Assembly: GCA_965261895.1 (NCBI GenBank)
Contig: OZ253480.1
Coordinates: forward strand, 173,276 to 237,275
Length of the DNA: 64,000 bases
Source of the DNA: an uncultured Candidatus Binatia bacterium
GTDB taxonomy: Bacteria; Desulfobacterota; Binatia; UBA9968; JAJDTQ01
Reading direction: 5' to 3'
A program made the translations under genes and the position numbers. Positions 52,248-61,125 of this stretch are shown here, in pieces. Under the pieces are notes generated by a model. That model worked only from the letters and a program-made list of their open reading frames with translations, did no database searches and was not told the DNA's origin. Every line of letters begins with the position of its first letter. Positions within the stretch are counted from its first letter, which is position 1.

Positions 52248-53519
52248 TCAGCGGTGTATGATCCGGGGCCGCACGTGCCGGATATCGTCGATGTCCACCA
52301 TGGTGTCGATCCCGAGCTTGAGGTTGTTCCACCACTCGTCGTCGCAGCCCTTGTTCACCACCTTCTCCGGCTCCAGGATCCGGTTGCTCATGGCCCACAG
52401 CACGTCCGCGGGATCGTCGATGTCCACGTCCTCGTTCACCAGGATGGCCCGGTTGATGCACTGGATGGCGAGGTAGTCGTCCATGATCTCGCCGGCCCGG
52501 TCCGTGGGGCCCGCCGCCGCCACCACGAGTCGACCGAGGGCGTACTCGGGAACCGTGTAGCGCTTGATTTCGGGATACTTGCGCAGGATCTCCTCGAGCT
52601 CCGGGTAAAACCGCACGATGGTGAGCAGGATCTGTTCCTTGGAGTCCACCGGCAGGATGGTCTGGTACACGGGGTCCTTCCGGTGCGACACCCGGAGGAT
52701 GTCCAGGGTCGGCTTCTGCTGTGGCCGGGCATAGCACCCGGTCCAGTCTCCGAAGGGGCCTTCGGTATCCAGGTCGGTGGAGACCACGCCCTCGATGACG
52801 AACTCGCAACCCGCCGGCACCTGGATGTCCACCGCGCCGCACCGCGCCATTGCCAACTCGCCACGGTGCTCCGGTGCCGCCAGGGCCGTGGCAACCTGGA
52901 CCTCGTCCACCCCCTCCGGAATGTAGCCTGCAGCCGCGGCCAGCATCTCCGACGGCGGCCCCAGGGTGATGGCCACCTCCATGCGCAAGCCCTTGCGGGC
53001 GATTCGGTTGTAGTAGAGCCGGTTGTGCACGGATTTCGGGTTGAAGCCAAGCTTCTTGGGCCCCTTAACCATGTGGCGGATGAAGGAGATGTTGACGCGC
53101 CCGGTCTCGGGGTCCTTCATGAACACCACTCCGGAGGTGATGTACGGGCCGGCGTCCCGCTCCGAGTACTGGGCCAACGGCAGGATTTGCGTAATGTCCG
53201 GGTCGTCGTGCACCACCTCGAAACAGGGAGCGTCCCGGGTCTCCACCACCGGCTCGGGATGGGCCACCGCGTGGTCGAAATGTTTCCACATCTTCGAGAC
53301 GTCGGTTCCCAGGCCCATCGCGTAGCGCTCCATACTGCCATAGAGGTTCGCCAGCACCGGCACGTCATAGCCGTTGACGCGCTCGAAGAGAATGGCACGG
53401 TTGCCGTTCTTCTCTTCGTCCTGGATCCGTCCGGGCATCGACTCCCGGTCGATGGGGTCGCTGACGGTGCACAGGTCGCCACGCTCGCGGCAGGCGGTTA
53501 CGAATTTTCTGATACGCAT
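52248..53519 (-). CDS. UbiD-family decarboxylase (second paralog)
   Basis: 423 aa. MRIRKFVTACRERGDLCTVSDPIDRESMPGRIQDEEKNGNRAILFERVNGYDVPVLANLYGS… The + ORF 52236..53549 is antisense shadow. Confidence 0.85.
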   Translation of the reverse strand: MRIRKFVTACRERGDLCTVSDPIDRESMPGRIQDEEKNGNRAILFERVNGYDVPVLANLYGSMERYAMGLGTDVSKMWKHFDHAVAHPEPVVETRDAPCFEVVHDDPDITQILPLAQYSERDAGPYITSGVVFMKDPETGRVNISFIRHMVKGPKKLGFNPKSVHNRLYYNRIARKGLRMEVAITLGPPSEMLAAAAGYIPEGVDEVQVATALAAPEHRGELAMARCGAVDIQVPAGCEFVIEGVVSTDLDTEGPFGDWTGCYARPQQKPTLDILRVSHRKDPVYQTILPVDSKEQILLTIVRFYPELEEILRKYPEIKRYTVPEYALGRLVVAAAGPTDRAGEIMDDYLAIQCINRAILVNEDVDIDDPADVLWAMSNRILEPEKVVNKGCDDEWWNNLKLGIDTMVDIDDIRHVRPRIIHR

Positions 53520-53552
53520 GCGGCATTTCCTCCGTTAGGTACCATTTGAAAT

Positions 53553-53917
53553 GGCGTCCTTCGACTTCGCTTCGCTACGCTCAGGACGAACGGAATGAGG
53601 TTTCCTGCAACCGTTCACCATGCTCGGGACGAACGGAATGAGGTTTCCTGCAACCGTTCGCCATGCTCGGGACGAACGGAATGAGGTTTCCGCAACCGTT
53701 CGTCATGCTCGGGACGAACGGAATGAGGTTTCCTGCAACCGTTCGCCATGCTCGGGACGAACGGAATGAGGTTTCCTGCAACCGTTCGCCATGCTCGGGA
53801 CGAACGGAATGAGGTTTCCGCAACCGTTCGTCATGCTCGGGACGAACGGAATGAGGTTTCCGCAACCGTTCGTCCTGAGCGTAGCGGAGCGTCAGCGAAG
53901 CGAAGTCGAAGGACACC
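53553..53917. repeat. Nested-hairpin element (family E) with 7 tandem 42/43-bp mini-hairpin units
   Basis: Left arm GGCGTCCTTCGACTTCGCTTCGCTACGCTCAGGACGAACGG, right arm CCGTTCGTCCTGAGCGTAGCGGAGCGTCAGCGAAGCGAAGTCGAAGGACACC. Units GACGAACGG-AATGAGGTTTCC(T)GCAA-CCGTTCRYC-ATGCTCGG start at 53585, 53628, 53671, 53713, 53756, 53799 and 53841. Confidence 0.9.
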
Positions 53918-53946
53918 ATGTATAGCGGCAAGTGACCAACCTTCCC

Positions 53947-56349
53947 TCAGGCTTTCGTTCCCCGCAGCAGCTCCAGAATGCGGCTGGGCGACAGCGGCGT
54001 TTCGGTGATCTCCACCCCCAGCGGCTCGATGGCGTCGGCGACGGCGTTGGCCACGGCGGCGTAGGCGTAGACGCAGCCGCCCTCCCCCATTCCCTTGTAG
54101 CCGCCCGGGATCTGCGGCGCCGCGGTCTGGATGTGGCACACGTCGAACGACGGCATGTCCGTGGCCGTGGGGATGAGGTAGTCCATGAAACTGGTGGTCA
54201 GGAGCTGGCCGGCATCGTCGTAGACGAGCTCTTCCAGCAGCGTGCCGCCGACACCCTGGGCGGTGCCGCCCACCACCTGCCCCTCGACGACCATGGGATT
54301 GACCTCCACGCCGCAGTCGTGGACGATGGCGTAGCGCAGGAACTTCACGGTGCCGGTCTCGATGTCCACCTCCACCACCGGGATGTGGATGGCGTAGGGC
54401 CAGGTGATGCACAGCCCGCTGACCGGGGCCTTGAACGATTCGGTGGCCTCGAGGCCCGCGGGAATCTCCCGTGGCAGGGTCGCCACCTCCGAGTAGGCCA
54501 CCCGGGCCACCCGGCTCACCGGCAGGCTCCTGCCGGGCACGCCGCGCACGTGTACCTGGCCGTCGACAATTTCCATGTCTTGCTCGGCGCCCTCCAACAG
54601 GTGGGCGCCCACCCGGCAGACCTTCTGTTTGAGCGCCCTGCCCGTTTCCGCCACCGCCGGCAGCACCACCGCGCTGAACCGGGCCGCCCGGGTGCCGGAA
54701 TCGTAGGGCGTCACCGCGGTGTCCCCTTCCACGATCTCGATGGTGTCGATGGGGAGCCCGGTGGCGTCCGCCGCCACCTGCGCCGCGGTGGTGGCGTGGC
54801 TGGTGCCGCAGGCGACGTCGCCGATGAGCACCTTTACGTTGCCCGAGGTGTCCATGCGCATGGTGACCGTGGCGTAGTCCAGCGTGGGCACGTAGTGCTG
54901 GGCCATGGCCGCGGTGTAGGTGTTCCAGCCCGCTCCCTCCACCGCCATGGCCACGCCGATGCCCATGTGGCGCCCTTCCTTGCGGAGCCGCGCCTGCTCT
55001 TCCCGCAGAGCCGGGTAGTCCACCATCTCCAGGGCTTTCTCCAGCCCGGCCAGGTAGTCGCCGCTGTCGAACTCGTGGCCGGTGACGGTCTTGTAGGGCG
55101 TCTCCTTGATGACGTTCTGGCGGCGCAGATCCACCGGGTCCCGGCCGAGCTGCCGGGCGATGAGGTCCATCGACCGCTCGATGACCAAGGCGCCCATCTG
55201 GCTGCCGAAGCCGCGGTAGGCGCCGTACGGGCACTTGTTGGTCATCACCACGTCGATGTCCACGTGGAAACCCTTCATCATGTAAGGCCCGGGCAGCCAC
55301 ATGCCGGCGCCCAGGGACGGGCCGCTGATGCGGGCGTCGAGATAGCCGCCGGCGTTCACGATCTCGTGTGACTTGATTCCCAGAATGGTGCCGTCCCGCT
55401 TGACCGGAATCTCCACGTCGTGGATCTGTTCCCGGGAGTGCAGAAACGCCATCAGGCTTTCCCGGCGGGTCTCGATCCACTTCACCGGCCGGCGGGTCTT
55501 GATGGCCATCAGGCACAGCGCCACCACCTCCGGCGGCACCTGCAGCTTGTTGCCGAAGCCGCCGCCCACGTCGGGAGCGATGACCCGGATCTTGAACTCG
55601 GGAAAGTCCAAGATCTCCGACAGATGGGTCTTGAGGATGTGGGGGATCTGGGTCGAGCAGGTCAGGGTCAGCTCCCGGGTGCCGGGGTTGTATTGAGCGA
55701 TGCAGCCACGGGTCTCGATGGGGGCGCCGACGTGGCGGTGCATGCGGTAGCGCTTCTTGAAGACGAAGTCGGCCTCCCGGTAGGCGGCGTCCATGTCCCC
55801 TCCCCGGCGTTCGATGCGCAGCCCCACGTTGTTGTCCAGGTTGTCGTGCAGCTTCAGAGCATCCGGCTTGAGGGCTTCGTCCGGGTCCATCAGGGGTTCC
55901 AGCGGCTCGTACGCCACCTCCACCAGCTCGGCGACATCGTCCGCCGCGTAGCGGTCCGCGGCCGCCACCAAAACCACCGGCTCACCCACGAAACGCACCC
56001 GGTCATGGGCCAGACAGCGGTAGTCCGGCTTCTTGATGACCGTGGCCTCGCGGTAGCTGTAGACGGGCATGGGACCCGCCAGCGGATAGGCTTCGGCGCC
56101 CGTGACCGCGTCGATGCCCTTGGGATGCTCCAGCGCCTTGCTGGTGTCCACACCCAGTAGCCTGGCGTGGGCGTGGGGGCTGCGCACGAAGGCGGCGTAG
56201 AGCATGCCCGGCAGGCTGACGTCGTCCACGTAGGTGCCTGTGCCGGTAACGTACTTCAGGTCTTCGCGCCGCTTGATGCTCTGACCGATCATTGGGTCCG
56301 ACATGGATGACCTCACTCGCTCGTTGATTGTCGGGAGGTTGCCCGTCAA
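53947..56349 (-). CDS. Molybdopterin-binding large subunit of a CoxL/xanthine-dehydrogenase-family enzyme
   Basis: 800 aa. …IGQSIKRREDLKYVTGTGTYVDDV…, GGGFGNK, GAYRGFG (not the form-I CODH VAYRCSFR motif), GMGEGG. Downstream of the FeS and FAD subunit genes. Confidence 0.9.
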   Translation of the reverse strand: MTGNLPTINERVRSSMSDPMIGQSIKRREDLKYVTGTGTYVDDVSLPGMLYAAFVRSPHAHARLLGVDTSKALEHPKGIDAVTGAEAYPLAGPMPVYSYREATVIKKPDYRCLAHDRVRFVGEPVVLVAAADRYAADDVAELVEVAYEPLEPLMDPDEALKPDALKLHDNLDNNVGLRIERRGGDMDAAYREADFVFKKRYRMHRHVGAPIETRGCIAQYNPGTRELTLTCSTQIPHILKTHLSEILDFPEFKIRVIAPDVGGGFGNKLQVPPEVVALCLMAIKTRRPVKWIETRRESLMAFLHSREQIHDVEIPVKRDGTILGIKSHEIVNAGGYLDARISGPSLGAGMWLPGPYMMKGFHVDIDVVMTNKCPYGAYRGFGSQMGALVIERSMDLIARQLGRDPVDLRRQNVIKETPYKTVTGHEFDSGDYLAGLEKALEMVDYPALREEQARLRKEGRHMGIGVAMAVEGAGWNTYTAAMAQHYVPTLDYATVTMRMDTSGNVKVLIGDVACGTSHATTAAQVAADATGLPIDTIEIVEGDTAVTPYDSGTRAARFSAVVLPAVAETGRALKQKVCRVGAHLLEGAEQDMEIVDGQVHVRGVPGRSLPVSRVARVAYSEVATLPREIPAGLEATESFKAPVSGLCITWPYAIHIPVVEVDIETGTVKFLRYAIVHDCGVEVNPMVVEGQVVGGTAQGVGGTLLEELVYDDAGQLLTTSFMDYLIPTATDMPSFDVCHIQTAAPQIPGGYKGMGEGGCVYAYAAVANAVADAIEPLGVEITETPLSPSRILELLRGTKA

Positions 56350-56358
56350 AATCAGATT

Positions 56359-56862
56359 CTACTTGAGATTTGCCTGCTCGGACGCGCCTGTGGCTTTCAA
56401 ACGCTCCGCGGCCCAAAGGACCGCCGCCACGATGTTCTGATAGCCCGTGCACCGGCACAGGTTGCCTTCCAACTCCTGCCGCACCGTTTCCTCGGTGGGA
56501 TCCGGGTGCCGTTCCAGCAGTTGCAGGGCGGACATGATCATGCCCGGTGTACAGTAGCCGCACTGGAGCCCGTGTTTCTCCCAAAAACCCTGCTGGAGTG
56601 GATGAAGGGTGTCCTGGTCCGCCACCCCCTCGATGGTGGTGATGCGCGCGCCGTCCGCCCTCACCGCCAGCAGCGTGCAGGACTTGACGGCCTTGCCGTC
56701 GAACATGATCGTACACGCCCCGCAGTTGGTGGAGTCGCAGCCCACGTGGGTCCCCGTAAGACCGAGGCGGTCCCGGAGGAAGTGCACGAGCAGCAGGCGC
56801 GGCTCGATATTCTCTTCGTAGTACTTGCGGCCGTTAACGGTCGCCTGGACGGTTCTTGCCAT
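56359..56862 (-). CDS. (2Fe-2S)-binding small subunit (CoxS-like)
   Basis: Start [14 protein letters not shown]… [15 protein letters not shown] and [11 protein letters not shown]…CRCTGY cluster motifs. Confidence 0.9.
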   Translation of the reverse strand: MARTVQATVNGRKYYEENIEPRLLLVHFLRDRLGLTGTHVGCDSTNCGACTIMFDGKAVKSCTLLAVRADGARITTIEGVADQDTLHPLQQGFWEKHGLQCGYCTPGMIMSALQLLERHPDPTEETVRQELEGNLCRCTGYQNIVAAVLWAAERLKATGASEQANLK

Positions 56863-56896
56863 GATGCCTTCTTTCCAAGGATGGCTCTGATTAGTT

Positions 56897-57080
56897 GGCG
56901 TCCTTCGACTTCGCTCCGCTGACGCTCCGCTACGCTCAGGACGAACGGTGGGGGAAACCCTTGGCCGGCAAAATCCTGTCCCGCAAAACCCTTGCCCCGC
57001 AAAACCCCTGTCCCGCAAAACCCCTGCCCCGTTCGTCCTGAGCGTAGCGGAGCGTCAGCGGAGCGAAGTCGAAGGACGCC
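56897..57080. repeat. Nested-hairpin element (family E) with perfect 52-bp arms and a CCCGCAAAACCC-repeat core
   Basis: Arm 56897-56948 is the exact reverse complement of arm 57029-57080. The 80-nt core contains about four 16-nt repeats (…CCGCAAAACCC(C)TTG/TGTC…). Confidence 0.9.
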
Positions 57081-57097
57081 AATTTGACCAGAGCCCC

Positions 57098-57964
57098 CTA
57101 ATCCTTGCGCTGCCACGCGGCGGTGGCCGCTCGCCCCACGTAAACGCCTGACACGTCGATACGGTATTGAGCGTCTGCCTGGACGTCTGACGGGGGGTCG
57201 AGGTTCCGCTTTGTTGCTTCGCCGGCCTCCCGGATGCGGTCGGCGTCCAGCGGACCGGCCTTGAGAATCTCCTCGGCTTCGGACGCACGCACGGGTACGC
57301 TGTCCACGCCGCTCAAGACGATCCGTGCGCCGACGCAGCGGCCTTCTTCACCTTCGGTCATTACCGCTGCCACCCCCACGATGGCAAAGTCCGTACCCCG
57401 GCGGCTTAGCTTCAGGTACACGCTACGTTCCCTGGCACCTGGAACCGGCACCAAAACTTCCGTCACGATCTCGCAGGGTTCCAGGGCACTAGTAAACATG
57501 TCCGTGAAGAAATCCTCGGCCGGAATGGTTCGCTTTCCATTCGGCCCCACCGCCTGGAACTCCGCGCCCAGGGCCACCAGCACCGCGGGATAGTCCGCGT
57601 TGTGAGCGGCATGGGCGGCGCTTCCGCCGATGGTCCCCAGGTTGCGCACCAGGGGATCGCCGACCACCCGGGCCGCGTCCACCAAGGCCGGCAGCGTCTC
57701 CCGGATCAACGGCGAGCTGTTCAACGCGTAGTGGGTGGTCATGGCGCCGATACGGATGAAACCGTCGTCCCTCCGGATGTAGTCGAGATCCGGCACGCGC
57801 CAGAGATCCACCACCTGTGCCGGCGAGAGCATCCTCAGCTTCATCATGGGCAACAGGCTCTGGCCGCCGGCCATGAGCTTGGCGTCCTCGCCATACCGTT
57901 CGAGCAGGTCTATGGCCTCTGCCAACGTCGAGGGGTCGAAATATTCGAATGCCCTTGGGATCAT
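57098..57964 (-). CDS. FAD-binding medium subunit (CoxM-like)
   Basis: MIPRAFEYFDPSTLAEAIDLLERYGEDAKLMAGGQSLLPMMKLRM… …GTIGGS…, 288 aa. Confidence 0.9.
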   Translation of the reverse strand: MIPRAFEYFDPSTLAEAIDLLERYGEDAKLMAGGQSLLPMMKLRMLSPAQVVDLWRVPDLDYIRRDDGFIRIGAMTTHYALNSSPLIRETLPALVDAARVVGDPLVRNLGTIGGSAAHAAHNADYPAVLVALGAEFQAVGPNGKRTIPAEDFFTDMFTSALEPCEIVTEVLVPVPGARERSVYLKLSRRGTDFAIVGVAAVMTEGEEGRCVGARIVLSGVDSVPVRASEAEEILKAGPLDADRIREAGEATKRNLDPPSDVQADAQYRIDVSGVYVGRAATAAWQRKD

Positions 57965-58005
57965 GTATCAACTCCCAAACAGTTGCTTTCCCGCCGCGGT
58001 CCCGC

Positions 58006-58470
58006 GTAGGTCGGGTTAGCCGAAGGCGTAACCCGACACACCGCTCCGCCCCATGTCGGATTACGCTTCGCTAATCCGACCTACGTCGCTCCGTCAGTCC
58101 CGCGAAAGCTTGCCCTCGACCCCGATCGGGGGCGGGAATCAGGGGTGGAGGTGCCTGACGGCTGTCATTTCTCCCGCCCCATTCCTCCTGGATTCCCGCG
58201 TTCCAGGCTGTGTCAAAACGCCATCCCAGCGAGGCACAGCCCCCCCGAAATCGTCATTCCCGCGAAAGCGGGAATCCAGGCGGGGTGGAGCGGGGAAACG
58301 CCACTGTAGCACCCCTCCACCGCCCCTGGATTCCCGCTTTCGCGGGAATGACGGGAGGGACGCGGGAATGACGGGTTGGCCTTTCGCACCTCGAAGTTGG
58401 CTTTTTGACACAGCCTGTTTCGCGGGAATGACGGTTCCGGGACTGCCTCGCATCGTTGTTCCAACCACGG
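58006..58470. repeat. Mosaic REP cluster (family D pair plus several family C modules in both orientations)
   Basis: GTAGGTCGGGTTAGCCGAAGGCGTAACCCGACA (58006-) and TGTCGGATTACGCTTCGCTAATCCGACCTAC (58054-58084). CATTCCCGCGAAAGCGGGAATCCAGGCGGGGTG (~58255) and inverted GGATTCCCGCTTTCGCGGGAATGAC (~58328). The track ORFs in this interval translate the repeats. Confidence 0.85.
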
Positions 58471-58495
58471 CCGGTCTCTACCACTCTGCCCTCTG

Positions 58496-59464
58496 CTAGA
58501 TCGGATGCCTTTCCAGCCATTCCAGATAGCGGCTCAATCCGCTCTCGATGTCGTACCGCGGCACAAAGCCCAGATCCGTTCTCGCCCGCTCCATGAACAG
58601 GGCCCCGCGAAGGCTGTCTCGGAAGAACGGTGACAGCTCGCCCCCTTCCTTGAGCCGGAAGCGGAATCCCGGGCGGACTCGCGCCAGCGCCGCAAGGATA
58701 TCAGAGAAACGGAGATTTTTACCACAGCTCGCGTTGTAGACCCCATGGCGCAGCTTCGGGCTTTGGAACGCCAGCACCACGCAACGGGCGGTATCCGATA
58801 CGTAGGTGAGGTCGCGCTCGAGATCGTCCGCCAACTCCACTTCGTCACCGTTGAGCGCGGCCCGGCACCAGTGAAACACCGGCGACATGACGGTCCGTAA
58901 AGGGTTGGGGCGTTCCAGCGGACCATAGGGGGCTGAAAGGCGCAGGATGACCCCGTCGACGCCGAACAGCTCAAGATAACGGCGCACGATGTCTTCCCCG
59001 GCACGTTTGGTGATGCCGTAGATGCCGTTGGGCTCCAGGGGTGCTTCTTCGTCCAGCGGAACTCGTGGATCGGCGGCGCCATAGACGCTGGCCGAGCTCA
59101 GGTGAACGAATCGTTTCACCCCGGCCAGACGCGCGGCCTCCAGAACCGTGGCGGTGCCGCCGACGTTGACCAGGGCGGCCTGCCGCGCCGCCTCCGGCTC
59201 CAGGTCGCCGATGGCGGTAATGGCGGCGCCGTGGATGACGCGGTCGGCGCCGTGGCGGTCGATGGTGGCAAGCAGGGATTCGAGGTCCAGGACGTCGCCC
59301 TTGACGCAGGTGACCCGCTCTTGGGCCGGCCCCAGAAAATCCCGCGAGACGTCATCCAGCTCGCCCTCGGCCGACAGGGTCACCACCGACTCCCCCAGCT
59401 CGGCTAGCTGGGCGACCACGTGGATACCCACAAACCCGGTACCTCCGGTAACGAGGATGCTCAT
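58496..59464 (-). CDS. NAD-dependent epimerase/dehydratase family protein
   Basis: MSILVTGGTGFVGIHVV… (GxxGxxG), …YGITKRAGE… (YxxxK), 322 aa. Confidence 0.85.
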   Translation of the reverse strand: MSILVTGGTGFVGIHVVAQLAELGESVVTLSAEGELDDVSRDFLGPAQERVTCVKGDVLDLESLLATIDRHGADRVIHGAAITAIGDLEPEAARQAALVNVGGTATVLEAARLAGVKRFVHLSSASVYGAADPRVPLDEEAPLEPNGIYGITKRAGEDIVRRYLELFGVDGVILRLSAPYGPLERPNPLRTVMSPVFHWCRAALNGDEVELADDLERDLTYVSDTARCVVLAFQSPKLRHGVYNASCGKNLRFSDILAALARVRPGFRFRLKEGGELSPFFRDSLRGALFMERARTDLGFVPRYDIESGLSRYLEWLERHPI

Positions 59465-59471
59465 GCGCCTT

Positions 59472-59498
59472 GCGGGCGGGTTTGAAACCCGCCCCTAC
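59472..59498. repeat. REP family A copy (inverted orientation)
   Basis: GCGGGCGGGTTTGAAACCCGCCCCTAC. Confidence 0.85.
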
Positions 59499-59533
59499 AT
59501 GTCTTCTGCCCACCGAACGTTGCGCGCATCTTG

Positions 59534-61090
59534 TCAACAATTCGCGGGAGGCGACTCACCGGCCGCCATCCGCCCGGCGATCATGCCGGTGATGAACGCT
59601 TCGGAGTTGTTGCCCGAGTTGAGGTAGAGGTGCCCGAACACGCCGCCCATCTCGCCGGCGCAATAAAGGCCGGGGATGGGCTTTTCGTAAGCATCGAGCA
59701 CGTGCTGGTCCTGGTCGTGGGCCAGCGCCCCCTGGGTGTTGGTGATGACGGGCCAGACCTCCACCGCGTAGAACGGCGGCTTGAAGATCGGGAACAGGCT
59801 GCCGGCGAAGCGGCGGAAGTCGGTGTCCTCTTGCCGTTCGCAGATCTCGTTCCAGCGCGCCACCGTGGCCGTCAGGTTGTCTTCAGGCACGCCGATGGTG
59901 CGAGCCAGTTCTTCCAGGGTGGGAGCCTGCTTGATCCAGCCCTTGGCCAGTTCCACCGTGTTGTCCTCGCTCCAGTCGTAGCGCCGGGACGGATGGTCGC
60001 TGATGGGCGTGAACAGCGGCCCGGTGATGCGGCCGTTCTCGTCCAGGATCATGTGGGACGGTATCCGGGGGAAGTCCTTGATGTGCACGTCGTAGAGGCT
60101 CATGTCGCGCCAGGGGCTGTCCTGGGGCGCCGGCGGGTACTCGTCCATGTACCGCTTGCCGAACTTGTCGACGACGATCCACGGCATCATCTTGGGCCCC
60201 TCGTCGCCGCTCTTCAGCGAGAACTCCTCGCCGGGCTTGGGCAGGTGGTTGGCGCCGTGGCGCCCCTGGATCCGGTGGCGGAAGGCGATGGGGAACTCGG
60301 GCGACTTGAAGCCGTAGCCGCCGTGGACGTGCCACATGTGCCACAGCCCGGCGCCGGCCTTCTGCCCCATCAGCAACCCGTCACCCGTATTTCCCAGGGC
60401 GCAGATGGAATGGAAGGGCTGGGCCTGGAGATACTGGAGCCTGAGCTGCTCGTTGTGCTCGAAACCTCCGGCGGCCAGCACCACGGCCTTCCGCGCGCGG
60501 ATTCGCAGCGAGTTGCCCTCCCGTTCGGCAACGACCCCCGCCACGCGCCCGCCCTCGTCGAAAACCAGCTCCTTGACCGGGGTGGAGAGAGCCACGTCGA
60601 TGTCCCGCTTGCCGACGTTGTCGTCCACCACCTTGAACGCGATCCAGCCGGTGCCGTGGACCTGGAGCCAGGGATAGCACTGCGCCTCCTCGGTCTTCAC
60701 CGCCAGGAGCCCGATGGCGTCGCCGGTTGGGCCGCCGTCGAAACGGTAGGTGCCGCCGGTGCCGGGCCGTTCCTGAACCGTGATCTCGCTTTCGTCGGTG
60801 AGCTCCTTCATGAAGCCGGAGAGACTGCGCAGCTCCCGGGCGAAGGCGTGGATCACGGGGTCGGGAACGGTGTTGAGGCACATGCGCTTGAGATACGCGA
60901 AGGCCTTGTCCACGTCATCGGTGGTCCTGAAAAACCCTCCGGACAGGATGGAGTTCCCGCCCGGATGCTCCATCTTTTCCAGGATCATGGTGCTGGCGCC
61001 GTGATCCTGGGCCACGATGGCGGCCACTCCGCCGGAATACCCGTACCCGACTACAACGACGTCGACTTCCCGGTCCCAGGATGTGTTCAT
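59534..61090 (-). CDS. FAD-dependent oxidoreductase (fumarate reductase/KstD-like flavoprotein)
   Basis: DVVVVGYGYSGGVAAIVAQDHGASTMILEK dinucleotide-binding motif, C-terminal …GLYCAGEMGG… 518 aa. A paralog lies at 63289..>64000. Confidence 0.8.
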   Translation of the reverse strand: MNTSWDREVDVVVVGYGYSGGVAAIVAQDHGASTMILEKMEHPGGNSILSGGFFRTTDDVDKAFAYLKRMCLNTVPDPVIHAFARELRSLSGFMKELTDESEITVQERPGTGGTYRFDGGPTGDAIGLLAVKTEEAQCYPWLQVHGTGWIAFKVVDDNVGKRDIDVALSTPVKELVFDEGGRVAGVVAEREGNSLRIRARKAVVLAAGGFEHNEQLRLQYLQAQPFHSICALGNTGDGLLMGQKAGAGLWHMWHVHGGYGFKSPEFPIAFRHRIQGRHGANHLPKPGEEFSLKSGDEGPKMMPWIVVDKFGKRYMDEYPPAPQDSPWRDMSLYDVHIKDFPRIPSHMILDENGRITGPLFTPISDHPSRRYDWSEDNTVELAKGWIKQAPTLEELARTIGVPEDNLTATVARWNEICERQEDTDFRRFAGSLFPIFKPPFYAVEVWPVITNTQGALAHDQDQHVLDAYEKPIPGLYCAGEMGGVFGHLYLNSGNNSEAFITGMIAGRMAAGESPPANC

Positions 61091-61125
61091 GTTTCAACCT
61101 CGATGCGTCACAGGCCGATAGGCGA

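Noticed and set aside
53553-53917. Regular 42/43-bp (and, at 1406-1628, 55-bp) tandem repeats considered as possible CRISPR arrays.
   Set aside because: There are no unique spacers. The whole period is the repeated unit. The units are self-complementary hairpins enclosed by long inverted arms. No cas genes are in the window, and the arrays sit inside operon intergenic gaps.
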